Assembly (NCBI RefSeq): GCF_036321535.1
Contig: NC_087472.1
Span: 93,684,001-93,748,000, forward strand
Length of the DNA stretch: 64,000 nt
From: Camelus dromedarius
Lineage: Eukaryota
Reading direction: 5' to 3'
The position numbers and the translations under genes are program-made. Every line of letters starts with the position of its first letter. The stretch's first letter is position 1. Shown here piece by piece: positions 50,735-64,000 of this stretch. The notes below the pieces were generated by a model. It was not told the DNA's origin, did no database searches, and saw only the letters and a list, made by a program, of their open reading frames with translations.

Positions 50735-51499
50735 AAGCTAGAAATGATTATTCTCTACTGGACAGTAGTGATTTTGTTTCTTATTATAAAAGAGTAGCTA
50801 TATAAATTTTGTTTAAAAGCATCAGACGTATGTATTAAGCTTTAGTACTAAAACTAAGAGTAATTTGGCAAGGAATCAAGTGACCTGAGATTGGAAATGC
50901 TGATGATGGACCAGAAGCATTTGAGGGGCATGCCAGGAGACACACCTGGAAGACTGGTTTTTGCTCACCTAAGCTTGCACTGGACACATAGGAATTCATT
51001 TGGGTTGTTTTATACCAGCTATTTTCTAGCTGGTGAATAGGTTGGCATGTAGCTAGAATCTGAAGAATAGTCCATTATCACCAGGGGACCTAGCAGATAT
51101 AAAACTGCAGTGAGAATGGCAGTGCTAATTCCAGCAGTATTTCCCTCAGCTATACCTCCCTATCAAGAATATTGGGAGATCTGGAAAGTAAAATCCTCCC
51201 TGGGCTCATGTACTAGCCTCTGCTTTTCATAAGCATTTTTATAAGCATCTCTTCTCCATTAAATAAATTTACATCCTATAACTTTGTGGCATTTTTTCAC
51301 ACCATTCTGAGAGTTTTAGCACAGTATTTATCCACCATTATAATAATTTTTAGTTTCTTTGTGGATAAAATGGAGATAAGGACCTTGTGAAGAAAACATG
51401 AAATAATGGATGGGAGGCTTGTCCATAGTTCCTGGCGCATGGTAGAAGCATAATACCTGTTGAATATTCAGTGGCATTACCTCTTCTGATTAACAGCTA

Positions 51500-52020
51500 T
51501 AACAATATAGGTATAGTAATTACTTTTGGAATGTCAGCCCAGTTTGAGGGAACCCCCTTCTTCAATGAAGTATTGCCCCAATCCCTGTATCTAGTTGTGT
51601 GGGCAGCTGAAACCATGGTAACAGTGCACAGTGTCATTCTGTGTACTATTGATTGGACCAGTGTTAGACACGGGACCTGAGGTGAGTTAGTCAGATCTTC
51701 CTAGGAATATGAAATTGCCATGCAGTTAAGTTCTGTAAATGTTGGAATTGAGAGACTTGTAAATCTTAGAGGAGGAGCCTTCTTCTGTCTTATTTGCAAA
51801 AAGTCACAAAGAAAAATATTCAGGATAATAAGAATGAAGTACATAGAGAAGCAAAAGAATGGAATGGGTCACCTATACATCTATAACTTTTTAACTTCCC
51901 AATTCTGATCTTCCACTAGAGGCTGACTCCCTTTGAATTTTAGGATAAACCCCAGTATCCATCCTATAAAGACATGTTGTTGCTTAATTTAACTGGAGTT
52001 TTTCCCCATTATGTACATTC
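51500..52020 (+). mobile_element. Old ERVL/MaLR-class LTR remnant
   Basis: gattggaccag...gggacct...gtcagatctt and LTR-like tail ttgcttaatttaactggagtt. Confidence 0.45.
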
Positions 52021-52029
52021 AAAAGAAAT

Positions 52030-52400
52030 TTAAAGACAGGAAAAGACAAATACTATATGTTTTCACCTATATGTGGCATCTAAAAAACAAGGCAAACAGA
52101 CAAATATAACAAAACAGAAAAAGACTCAGATTCAGAGAACAAACTAGTGGTTACTAAAGAAGATGGGAATTGGGGGATGGGCAAAATAGACGACGAGGGT
52201 TAAGAGGTAAAAACTTCCAGTTATAAACCACATATCACAAGGGTGTAATTTACAGCACAGGGAATATAGTCAACAATATTATAATATCTTTGTATGGTAT
52301 GTAATCTATAAAAATATCAAATCACTATGTTGTATACCTCAAACTAATGTAAGTCAAGTATACTTCAATAAAAAATAAGCAAAATGAATAAATAAAAATT
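52030..52400 (+). mobile_element. L1 3' end
   Basis: aaagacaaatactatatg...cagagaacaaactagtggtt...acagcacagggaatatagtcaa...A-rich tail. Confidence 0.9.
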
Positions 52401-53664
52401 TTAAATGTAAAATATAAAGCAAACAGTGAAGCAGTGTTTGTATTGTTTACCAGCATTAATATTTGAAATTACTTCTATTCTATTTTATTACAATATGATA
52501 TCAAGGTCTACATGATCAGTGTGTAAAAGCCTTAAAATGTTTTAGTAAGATTACCTACTTAATTGGTTATATTTTATGTCTAAGAAATTAATGTTGAAAA
52601 CAACTTTTCTGCAGAGAAAAATTGTTTAACTCTTGTATTGAAATATAAATACAAAGTAAAATAGAATTGCTTCAAGAATATGTTAGTACTCTTGTTAAGA
52701 GACATGTGGTTTTATTTATTCACTAATGGTAAAATATATAAGGTTTAAATTAAATCATTTTCTGTAACAAACAATATACAAGCTATTTTTTCCCTTAAAA
52801 CAAAGAACTCTTAGCCATATTAACTTAAGAACTGAATTATTTCCTCAAGTTCTAACACATTTTTCTGAATTGTATTACATATTCTGTACATTATCTTGGT
52901 ATAGTTTTTGGAGTGTTTAAATGGTGAGTAACACAAATGAAAGAAGAGGGAATAAAAATTAAAAAGTTAAAAAAACTAAAGCAATAGGGCTTAGGAACAA
53001 TTACCCCCCAAAAATAGAAATACTGGAATGGGGCTTCAAAAGCAAATGAAATTCAGTGTAGCAAAGAAAATCATGATTATTTGTGAAAATATGTGCAGAG
53101 GATGACTTCCACTGAGTTAAACACCGTGGTTCGCATGCAGCAAGAGTGCTGGATCTTGCCTCTGTCATGGTAGGTTAGTATTCAAAGTGAAAGCACTGTG
53201 AAGCCCAGTTGGTGATTAAATAATTCTCTGTTAAATAATCATAGATCTTGTTCAAGAGACTCAGCCCATCTTAGGTGACTATGAAAAATAATAACAACCA
53301 CTGAGACCACTGACGCTCCGTTCTAGAAAATAACAGAACAAATGTCAGAGGAAATTGTGTATCCCATACAGGAAAGGATTCATAAAAAAATTACTTCACA
53401 ATAATTCATACTTCATTAATTCTAGTATCATGTAGCAATGCAGGCCTCACAAAGCTGTATTTTTAGAATTATTGAACTTCTATCCAAAACAAAAACCAAA
53501 CCCACATTATTTCTTTGCTATTCTGATGTAAGCTGTTCTGAAATGTTTAATTCTTCCTCTTTCCTTTATAAACAACATAGTAAGCAGAAGTATTTTGTCA
53601 TAATTTAAAATGCTGTAAGTTGTATTGATTTTTACATTGCTTTGTTTTTCAAGTTCTTGATGTC

Positions 53665-54666
53665 TTTTTTCCAGTTTTATTGAGGTATAATTGACATATA
53701 ACATAAGTTTCAGGTGTACCACATAATGGTCTGATATATGTATATATTGCAAAATTATTACCACATTAACTTTATTTAACATCCATCACATAATATAGTT
53801 ACAAATTTTCTTTCTTGTGAGATAGCTTTTAAGATCTACTCTCTTGAAACTTTCAAATATACAACACAGTATTACCTATAGTCATCATGTTGTACATTTT
53901 ATCCCCAGAACTTATTTAGCTTACAGCTGGAAGTTTGTATCTTTTGACCACTTTCACCTAATTCCCCCACTATCCATTCTCCACCTTTGGCAATCACCAA
54001 TTGTTCTATGTTTCTATGAATTTGGTTTTTTTATTTTTACAATTCATATATAAGTGATATCATACAGTATTTGTCTTTCTCTGTCTGACTTATTTCACTT
54101 AGCATAATGCCCTCAAGGTCCATCATCCACGTTGTCACAAATGGTGTGGTTTCCTTCTTTTTGATGGCTGAATAATATTCAATTATGTATATATAACCAC
54201 ATTTTCTTTATGCATTCATCTGTCAGTGGACACTTAGGTTATTTTCATGTCTTGTTTATTGTAAATAGTACAATCACAACTCAAAAGCAAAAAAAAAAAA
54301 AAAACCAAATAATTCTCAAACAATCCAATTAAAAATGGGCAAAATACCTGAATAGACTTTTTTTCCAAAGAACATATTCAAGTGGCCAATAGGGACATGA
54401 GAAGGTGTTCAACATCACTAGTCATCAGGGAAATGTAAATCAAAATCACAATGAGGTATTGTGTACCACCTGTTAGAATGGCTATTATTAAAAAGATAAG
54501 AGATAGTACATGCTGATGAGGATGCAGAGAAAAGGAAGCTCTTGTGCACTGTTGGTAGGAATGTAAATTGGTACAGCCACTGTGGAGAACAATATGGAAG
54601 TTCCCCCCAAAAATTAAAAATACAACTACCATATGATCCAGCAATCCCACTTTTGGGTATATATCC
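53665..54666 (-). mobile_element. L1 with 5' inversion (twin priming)
   Basis: Antisense 3'UTR/ORF2 tail at 53665-54270 joined to a sense ORF2 segment at 54270-54666 that ends just upstream of the breakpoint in L1 coordinates. Confidence 0.88.
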
Positions 54667-57600
54667 TAATCTCTTTTTTAATATATTTCTGTTTTCTATC
54701 CTAGATTTAGTATTGCCAACTAATATATTTTATACTTGTATTCCTAATGCTTAAAGTCCCTTCATTCTGTAACTTGATGTTTCTAATATACTATATTTTA
54801 GGAATTCAGAAAACCAAATGACTGTAATTAGAATGTTGGGTAGGATATGAGTAAATGGACCCTCTTTCAGCATCCAAGAGGTTTTCTAGGGTTAAAGTGC
54901 ATGAAAACAAGTAAAAGGGCTATATTTTGACTTCTTAGAAAAAAATTAAATTTAATTTCCCTATTGTTGCTTGATTAGGAGTAGTTTACAAAAAAAATCA
55001 CTAGAGAAATGATGTACTAGCGTAGAAGACAATTTTCCAAAATCTAGAGAAAAAAGTCACATTTATCTTGGAAAAATACATTACTGGGAATTGGAAAAAG
55101 TGTATAGTTCTTATCTGTGAACTTCTTAAAGACTATATTCCATACCATAATAATGCATGTAATACATATGACCTCATTAAAATTTTAGGGCAATTTATGT
55201 TTCTGTAATTCTTCAAAAATAAGAGTATACTATCTCTGTCACTTTGTTTATATCAAGCCCATGCCTGCTTTTCTTCATCTGTTGGGCAGAGAATGCTCCT
55301 CAACGAACTCAGAAGGTGGTGCCAAATTAAGTCATTTTGTGTCCATCAATCTTAATTCTACCAAAACTAAGAGATCAATAAAAGGTTTGGAAAATGCACC
55401 TAACCCCAGCCCCTGGGACTTCATCCAGTTTCAAGACTTTCAGATAGATGTGTAACATTCTCTGTACTTAAGGCTTCCCCATCATCTCACTGCTTGTTTT
55501 CTTCAGAGCAATACTCCCTAGCCTCTTATTCTTGTTTAGCTCCACCAGTGGTTGAGAATTCAGGTATGTCTCTCTTACGTAAAATGAGATACAAGATTAT
55601 TCAGTAAGTATTCATTGTAAAATGTGCCTGCAAGAACCTGGCCCATTAGAACCCATTTCTAATGCTTCATAGCAAGTGTCTCACTGTCCTAGTTAGTGAT
55701 TCAAATAGATAAGGGCAGTGTTTTTGCTATTTTGATAGATGTACAAGTATGGATTTAACCCACATATTTCTAGCTTCAGTAGCAATCTTCCCATAAAGTG
55801 GTATATGCTTCAGTTTTTCCAAAGTCTACACGTCTCCAAATCCTAAAATACTAGTATAATATATAACATAACACAATACTAGTATACAATATAAAATTAT
55901 ATATACATATATGACTTTAAGAAGAAAAATAACTAATTTTGAATCTCATGAAGCATTTACAAAGGCTTGTTTAATTTAGTGGCCACCATACAGCTAAAAT
56001 TTTTCATCTAGGGCCAAACATTTTCTTCTATCAATTATGCATCCTTTACATACTGATTGTACTCTATGAAACATAATATTCCAAGTCTGATGAATACCAG
56101 TCTTAATAGTAATTTCCTTGCAAGAGTGAGATGGTGAGAGTGAATAATGTGGTTTTAGCTTATTTCAATGATTATTATATCCTTATGTGCAATGGGGTTT
56201 TGTACAGTTTGTACAAAATCCCAAATGAGAGCCCCCCCACCCAAATATAACTCAGATAGAAGCAGGTCCAGCTTCACAGCCATCTGACTCTAGAGACCTT
56301 GATCCAATATGTATGTCTAATCTAAATTTTCTTAATGGAGCCTGTGTAGGAGTTTCCCATAATTCACAAATAAACTCTTCAAACACTACTGGTTAAACAT
56401 TTTTTCTTCCCCCTAAATTTCCACACTCATCAGAATTGCTAAGACAAGCAAACATCACAACCTCTTTACCTTAGAATCTACTCTTCAGCAGTCTCAACTG
56501 AATTTGTTCACCATCAGACTGCTTTTTATTTCTTCCTTCGTTATCTGTTATCTCACAGAGGCGTGTCTAGAATTTCTGTCTCTACTCACTAAGCATGTAA
56601 TCCCTTGTGGAATGAATGTTCATGGAGGGATGCAAGGGTAGGTCCCTGCGCTCACCTTGACAGTTTCTCTTATAATTAACATCCATGGGAAAATTGGTGA
56701 ATAGAATTCTCCACTTTGTTATACCAGTTAGAGACAGATTTTTGTTAAGTGATTTTTTTTCTTATTTCTCAAATTATATCACTTAGAAAGTATTTTTCAT
56801 TCATTCACAAGATTTTTAAAGAGCTTCTACAATGTGTATGTCTTAATGCTAGGCACTGAAGAAGATAGATATGAGAGTGAAAGATATGATGTGTGGTCTC
56901 CATACTTTAGGAACATATTGCTGAGGTGAAGAAATAATGCTAAATGTCTTGGTTAAGGGCAACTGAAACTTGTTCAGAATATGAATGTGACATAAAATCA
57001 AGAAATGGTCTGCTACTATTGTGTGTGCTTTGGTCTGCTACTATTGTGTGCACTTAGAAAGTTTTCTACTTGGCTAGCACCTTAATGCCCTAAACTGTGC
57101 AAATTATTATTATGCATTGTTTCATTTTCAAATATAGAATGGAGGAACAGTCCACTATGCATGGAAATTAAAGATACAAGGTTATGCTTAAGAAAGATCA
57201 GCCCCCCAAACCATTATCTTCATAGTGGATGTTATTCATAGTGGAGAGTGTGAAAAACTGAGGGTAGAAAAAACTTGTTGCCTGTATGTGAATATGAAGA
57301 GCACTATGTCATTTGAATCTCTGCTGGAAGAGTTCAGGAGAACTGTAACACTGCTGTTAAATAGAAGATACCAGAGAATACTGTAAAATATCACTGTTTA
57401 TAGTTTTTAAAAATTTAACCAAGTTAATGAGAAATTGGGAAATATCAGCATTCTGTAGCTTTGTGGAAGGTGCAAATGCCAATAAACAGCTGCTTAGTTT
57501 TTGTGTTATTGTATGAAAAATGATTTGAGGTAAATCTTCCAACACGGCAACAAATATAACAAATAAATTGCAAATGGTCACAGAGTGCCTTTAAATTCTT

Positions 57601-57724
57601 ATAGCCTTTAAAGTTATCTAACCCTCTAAGCCCCCAGCTGGTAACAGCACACATTTCATATCCACTCACAACAAAATAAAAATGTATACCTATGTCTATC
57701 AATGTTGATTGATACATAGTTGAA

Positions 57725-57774
57725 ATGGTTGTGTTCCAGCACACTGTACTTCAGAAATACGCTTTATACACGTT
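57725..57774 (+). other. Candidate short exon (ATG-initiated MVVFQHTVLQKYALYT, or an internal exon from 57740)
   Basis: gaaATGG Kozak-like context; ttccag| acceptor at 57739; GTT|GTAAGT donor; CpG-retaining unique DNA. Confidence 0.2.
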
Positions 57775-58897
57775 GTAAGTCGATGATATCAGTTCTTTTA
57801 TGATTTCTGCTTCCGGCTCTATGAAGACTTCTTGGCTAAATCTCCACTAAATGATATATAACTGATGTATTTTTGCTTGAATTAAAGCCTCCAAATGTAT
57901 TTTGTGTGATTTTATATCATTTTGAACTTCATAATGCAGGCTATGAATAATTCACTTCGGTTGAATAAAAAGCATCTAAAGGTAAATAAGTGAATAACTA
58001 GAATGATGCATTTTAAACACAGTTCCTGGGCACTTTTAAATTCCTAAACTGTTTTGTAGGCCAAAAATAAAGTGTAAAATGGTACACTAAGGTTTGAAAG
58101 GTTGTCATCCAGATCTCAAAAAGAAGGACAAAAGCATTAAAGCAAAGCTGTTAAACAGGAAGTAATGACTCCAATAGAAAATGTATAAAGTAATAAATGT
58201 AAGGTAGTAAAAAATGCTAAAATTCACTAATAAGAACATATAAATTAAAACAAAAAGGCTCTGTTTCCCTTAAACCAAGTAAGAAGGACTGCTGCCCTGG
58301 GCCATACAGAATCACAAATATCATGAAACAAACATTTTTTAGAGGACACCTAAGTGTCTCTATCACTTATAATTTGGTTATTATAAAAAATGACATTAAA
58401 ATGTAATTACATTTTTAAAGTAAATCTAAAATTTTAATTGCTTTAAATAATTTTGAGTTTCCTTAAATATAGCATAGGTTGTCTTTTACTTTAATAGATA
58501 ATTTTGAGTATATTAGGAGAAAAATATTTTAAATCATAAGGAAATAATTTTATTTTTTTTATTCTTACATTTCCTAGCATTCGTATTTTCAGTGAAAATA
58601 TTGCAAATTATTTACACTTTGAATGCAATTACATCTTTTACCTGGTCACTTAGTATAAATTACGTGAAAATTCACTTATAACACTAGTAATTTTGCTGAT
58701 ATGAAGGCAAGACTGTATATTTTGTAGAATAGATGTAAAAATAATTTATGAATTATTATGTCTTTAATTTATTGCTCTTCTAAACATTGCTAAACTGTAC
58801 ATATAACAGTAATAATTAAACTTTTATTATCTTTGCTATTTTATGACTTTTAGTCATATGAAACTCAGCTTAATACAAATTCTTTTGTATATATATG

Positions 58898-59132
58898 TTT
58901 TTTAAATTTATTTTTTATTGAGGTAAAATTGGTTTATAACTTTATATAAGTTGCATATGTACAGGATTATATTTCTACTTCTGTATGTCCTACAGCGTGC
59001 TCACCACTAAAAATTTAGTTTCCATTTCTCACCATACAGTTGATACCTTGCCATTTGCAGGAAAATGGATGGATCTTGAGGGAATTATACTAAGTGAAAT
59101 AAGTCAGACAAATTCCATATGATTTCACTCAT
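58898..59132 (-). mobile_element. Short L1 3' end with inversion
   Basis: Antisense tail to ~59047, then sense ttgccatttgca...atactaagtgaaataagtcagac; flanked by ttttgtatat repeats. Confidence 0.75.
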
Positions 59133-59918
59133 GTTTTGTATATTTTTGAAGTTAATAGACCAGCACATTTTAACAATTATTTTAGCTTGAATATGACCTT
59201 TAAAATATTAGGACATATGGCATTAACCCTCTATTTATACTCTTGTTCAGGGCCTCACAAATGATAGGGATCAGCCTGCAAAAAAGACAATATTGTCTGT
59301 TTCCAGAAAAATGGCAAGATTATGGCATTGTTTCAAAGAAACAGTATCTTTTTGTCTAGCACTTTGGAAATACATAATTTGTATCTAAATAAAAGTAATC
59401 TAAAGAAAGCTTTTCAAAACACTTAAGAAACTGAAAGGATATGAGACAAATATTCACAATTATACTGTCAATTTTTACTTATGAAATTACTACCATCCTT
59501 TATTTTCTGTAAATTCCTTTATTATTTTCTTTATTTTTGGAATATTCTACAATAATCATTAAAGGTTTTATTAATTTAATTGGAACATAATTCAAATATG
59601 CCTCTATTATATTACCAGTATTTACATAAATCTAGGTATTTCAGTTTCTGTGACCCTAATGGTCTTTTATTCAGTTATTTGAACAATGCATTTCCTTAAG
59701 CAAGATAGTTAAAACAAAAACAATACTTTAAACAGTGGTTATATAAAATGTTTTGTTCTCCCTCCATTCATATTAACAAATTGAGTGGAGAAACGTCTTT
59801 AGCTTTGTTTCCGTTTTCTTCTTTCCTCTCTTCTCCTCTCTCTAGTTCTCATTGTATACTAGGATGTCTTCAATAACTTGGTCACAAACCCTTTCTTACT
59901 TTCTTAGAATAAAAAAAA

Positions 59919-59947
<29 letters not shown>
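59919..59947. repeat. (TACA)n microsatellite
   Basis: Direct observation. Confidence 0.9.
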
Positions 59948-59950
<3 letters not shown>

Positions 59951-60076
59951 ATGTTTTGATGACAATAAAATCTGATAAAACTACATGGAGAAATAAGATG
60001 ATTATGATTTTACAAATTTCTATGACATTTGGAATCCTGTTAGATGCTACAAATATATTTTCTAAGATGTTTCTTT

Positions 60077-60194
60077 CATGAGGAGAGGTAATTAGGTTTA
60101 TTTATGTATTTACTTTAATGGTGGGACTGGAAATTGAACCCAGGATCTCATGTATACTAAGCATGTACTCTACCACTGAGCTATACCCTCCCCC
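60077..60194 (-). mobile_element. tRNA-derived SINE (camelid Vic-1-like)
   Basis: Minus strand GGGGGAGGGTATAGCTCAGTGGTAGAG (A box) ...GGGTTCAATTTCCAG (B box) ...aaataaacctaattacc; degenerate TSD tctaagatgtttcttt / tcaaagatacttcttt. Confidence 0.85.
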
Positions 60195-61004
60195 TCAAAG
60201 ATACTTCTTTAGCTCTAAGATTAGAAACTGTAAAGTTCAAGTTTCTCAGAAGCTTTCATTGTTAAAAAAAGAACTTTCAACATCACTCAAACTAAAAGAT
60301 CAAAATATGTAACCAACAATGCATAATTTAACTGAATATTTGTCATGCCTATGTAACCACAGGACTTTTGTTATCAAATATTTTGATACTTTTGTCCATG
60401 CCTTTCTTGGGCTATTTCTGTACATAATTGAAAATAAATTTTTAAAACTAAGAAATAATAAAACTGCTTATCTAATGATGGTGGTGATGGTGATACCTAT
60501 ACTGATATTTAGCATGGTAATGTGGAGGAGGAAATTGGAGGTGGTATGGTAACAGTAGTGTATGTCTTTGCATGAGATGATTGACTATTAGTAACCAGAA
60601 GCCCAATCAAAGCAGATAAGCACAGATTATATGAGTAAAGGATGTTTAGTGTGCATAGACTAATGGATTATTAAAAGTGGAAAGACATGTAATCACCCAT
60701 CCTAACAATTTCATTTTATTTATACTGTTGGATTTTTTTTGCCATAATGTAAAAGAAATGTATGTGCAATATGGAAAATGTTGGGGAAATAAAAGGGAAA
60801 GGAAAAATTACATATAATTATATCATCTAAAATTATTATTAATATTTCAATCTAGATTTTTTTATTTTTCTATGTGTATATAAATGTATTTTTAAAGTAG
60901 GGCCAAAATGTGTATATTTGTATCTACATCTATTTGTATGTATTTAATTATGTATATATTATTTTGAAACCTGAGCTTTAATTAAATTTGTCTTGCACAC
61001 ACAT

Positions 61005-61200
61005 TTTTTTTTCTTACTGCATTCTGCTTTATTGCACTTTGCAAATACTGCATTTTTAACAGGTTGAAGGTTTGTGGCAACACTGGGTCCAGCAAGTTTA
61101 TCAATGACATTTTTGCAAAAACATTTGCTCATTTTGTTTCCCTGTCATATTTTGGAAATTCTTGTAATATTTAAAAATTTTCCATTATCATATTTGTTAC
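61005..61200 (+). mobile_element. Tigger1 terminal fragment
   Basis: gctttattgcactttgcaaatactgc...ttgaaggtttgtggcaac...agcaagt matches a CpG-decayed Tigger1 end. Confidence 0.85.
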
Positions 61201-61399
61201 ATGCACGCAGATTCTTACAAAGGACATTTTTACTATTTAACATTTCAGTTGTAAGTCTGCACTTGCCCTAATATAAATGTTGCAGCCAAAGGTGATGATT
61301 ACTGAATAAAGAGGTCTACAAAATTTACAGTGTGAAGTTAATAGGTCCTTGATACTGAAACCAGAAAAGAACAATATAAACAATAATTTAAAAATTTTT

Positions 61400-62650
61400 T
61401 TCTGAAACTCCCTATTATGATATGTGTACATATAAAAGCATTAGTAAATAAAGTTGATATAACTATAAAAATCATGACCTAATAGAATTTATCTCAGGCA
61501 AAGAGAGTTCACTATTTTAAAATGTATCACTGTGATTTGCTATATTAACACATGATGCAGAAAGGCCAAATGATCTTTTAACAGGAGAAAAAGAAACTTT
61601 TGATAACATTACCACATGTGTGTTAATCCACTTAGTAAACTAGAAACATGGAAACTTCCTTAGGCTTACACAAAGGCATTCAAAAGATTAGAAAGGCAGT
61701 TAAAAGATTAGAGAGCATTCTCACTAAACACAGGGATGAATTCAGATTGGTTCTGTTACTTCTACAATCCATCATTATTCTGGATGTCCTATGTTATATA
61801 ATAACAAAACAAGTAAAAATCAGTGTCTATGTCAGATATTTGCCTATAAAGTTAAAGAAAATCAATGGAGACATTATTAGAATGAATCCATTGCTTAAGC
61901 AAGTGTGCTATATTCAAGATAAACTTAAAAATCAATACCATTACTTTATATAAACAATAACCAACTAGCATTTGTGGTAGGAAAATAAAACTCTTTACAA
62001 AAGCAACATAATTTTAAAATCCCAAGAATATTAACCTAACGTCTGTAACACGTTTTATAGAGAAAATTATGTAACAAGTTCGAAGTGCATAAAAGAAAGC
62101 CTGAATAAATGGAAAATTAGACACTTTGCCTGGATAAAAAGGCATACTAGTTTTTAAATGTCAATTATCTCAATTTCTTCAAAATTCTGTGTATCCCCAA
62201 TGATAAACCAAGCAGAGTACTTAACAGAGTAAGTTTATATGGGAGAGTAAAATGTGTTTAGCTTTTTTTTGCTTTAGTAAAGTAAAACAAATAGAGGAAT
62301 TTACCCTACAGATAGAAAGGTATTTATAAAGCGATACAAGTTAAAATAATGTTTTATTTCATAGACCATTTAAGGAGAATTATGAGTCAGGAAACATACT
62401 TGTATATATATGGTCACAGCATATGACAGAGGTGGCATCATAAACATTGCAGAAAGCAAACACTACTCAATAAAGATGTTGGAAAACTTGGCTTTCCACT
62501 TGGGAATAAAAGGACATACATTCCATTTGGGAATAAAAGGACATAAAAAGACATGCGTTCTGAGTAGACAAAACGTTTTAAATAACTTTAAAACAGATGA
62601 AAAAATATGAGAATGCTTTTATAACCTCATATCAGGGAGAGCTTTTATAT
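61400..62650 (+). mobile_element. Very old L1 ORF2 remnant
   Basis: A-rich degenerate ORF2 landmarks (cttagtaaactagaaac, cctgaataaatggaa). Confidence 0.7.
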
Positions 62651-62719
62651 ATAACAATACATACAACACATACAACCAAATGTACTTTTAAAAATAGATA
62701 AAATGTAGGCTATTTTAAA

Positions 62720-63050
62720 GATAAAAACTCAGACCTCTCTTCCAAACTACAAATTCATGTATAAGTTCTCCTGTTGCACCTCTGCTAAAAACTCTCCAGT
62801 ATTTCCTCTCTCACAATAAAAGCTGGAGCACAACAACATTTTAGCCCTTTATTATATGGCTCCCTAGTACCTCTCTCACTTTATCTCCTACTGTTGTCTC
62901 CCTCACACTATCCATTCCAGCCTCACTGGCATTAGACACATGCTTATCTCAATGTCATTGCATTTCATGTTCTCTCTCTCCTCTTTCTCTCCCTGTCCTC
63001 TGCCCAGATATCCTTGTGACTCATATTCCCTCATTCTTTCAGATTATTTT
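62720..63050 (+). mobile_element. L2 fragment
   Basis: ctctgctaaaaactctccagt...ttccagcctcactggc...gactcatattccctca. Confidence 0.6.
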
Positions 63051-63114
63051 ACTTTTATGACATTTGTCCTTCATCCATTGCTAGATCATATGGTAATTCT
63101 GTTTTAGACTTTAA

Positions 63115-63595
63115 AAAAATTTTATTGAAGTATAGTTGATTTACAATGTTATGTTAGTTTCAGGTGTACAGAAAAGTGATTCAGATATGTGTGTATGTAT
63201 ATGTATATAACACACATACATATTTATACATATATATGTACTTTTTCAGATTCTTTTCCATTATAGGTTATAACAAGATATTGAATATAGTTCCCCGTAC
63301 TATACAATAGGTCCTTGTTGTTCATCTATTTTAAGTAGTATATATCTGTTAATCCCAAACTACTAATTTTTCTCTCCCCTGCCTTCCTCTTTGGTAACTA
63401 TAGTTTGTTTTCTATGTCTGTGAGTTTTCTGGTCTGTAAATTAGTTCACTTGTATCATTTTTTAAGATTCCACATATAAATGACATCATATGATACTTGT
63501 CTTTGTCTGACTTACTTCACTTAATATAACTTTATGTCCATCCATGTTGCTGCAAATGGCATTATTTCATTCTTTTTATGGCTGTGTAGTATTCC

Positions 63596-63638
<43 letters not shown>

Positions 63639-63750
63639 ACCACATCTTCATTATCAGTTCATCTGTTGATGGACATTTAGGTTGCTTCCATGTTTTGGCT
63701 GTTGTAAACACTGCTGCTATGAGCTTGGGGTGCATTTATCTTTTTGATGT
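63115..63750 (-). mobile_element. L1 3' end containing (TG)n
   Basis: Antisense 3'UTR of the same type as 15448-16429; (TG)n at ~63598-63636. Confidence 0.92.
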
Positions 63751-63764
63751 CTTTTTTAATGTCT

Positions 63765-64000
63765 TTTTTAAAATATATTTTTATTGAAGTATAGTCAGTT
63801 TACAGTGTTGTGTCAATTTCTAGTGTACAGCACAATACTTCAGTCGTATAAGAACATACATATATTCATTTTCATATTCTCTTTCACCATAAGTTACTAC
63901 AAGATATTGAATATAGTTCCCTGTGCTATACAGTATAAACTTGTTGTTTATTTATTTTTTATATATTAGTTAGTATCTGCAAATCTCAGACTCCCAATTT
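63765..64000 (-). mobile_element. Younger L1 3' end, apparently inserted into the preceding L1; runs off the window
   Basis: New T-rich tail and a 3'UTR similar to 47135-47528. Confidence 0.88.

Noticed and set aside
55261..55455. 64-aa ORF with NSTKTKRSIK, faintly like KCNIP4
   Set aside because: Only a few residues match, the rest does not, and there are no fitting splice sites.
60110..60194. tRNA gene
   Set aside because: A/B boxes are present, but it has a SINE tail and TSD and no intact cloverleaf.
1..64000. CRISPR array, operon or other prokaryotic-type system
   Set aside because: Mammalian repeat landscape; I saw no regularly spaced repeat-spacer array and no long intact ORFs.

Overview
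Mammalian, AT-rich, repeat-dominated DNA (intronic or intergenic). The single young SINE is a tRNA-derived type I associate with camelids, and I saw no Alu, BovB/Bov-A, PRE-1 or Can-SINE, so a camelid origin is inferred but unconfirmed. I cannot name any intact cellular protein-coding gene. Main content: (i) the 5' half of a decayed class I (gamma-like) endogenous retrovirus on the minus strand (5' LTR ~3186-3715, ~1.4 kb leader, gag 1745->198, start of protease), with an open 112-aa pre-gag ORF; (ii) a DYNLL1 processed pseudogene with target-site duplications, nested in an old L1; (iii) two ERVL-type pol remnants; (iv) many L1 pieces, three with twin-priming inversions, plus L2, MIR, MER3/MER5, Tigger1, a MER47/Tigger5-type MITE and solo LTRs; (v) a few unique stretches with splice signals that could be exons of an unidentified host gene or lncRNA. 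The best of these is a 25-codon candidate first exon at 8810-8884. Repeat family names come from recalled consensus similarity, and many boundaries are approximate. Nothing here is clearly a new biological system. The pre-gag ORF and the candidate exons are the best leads.
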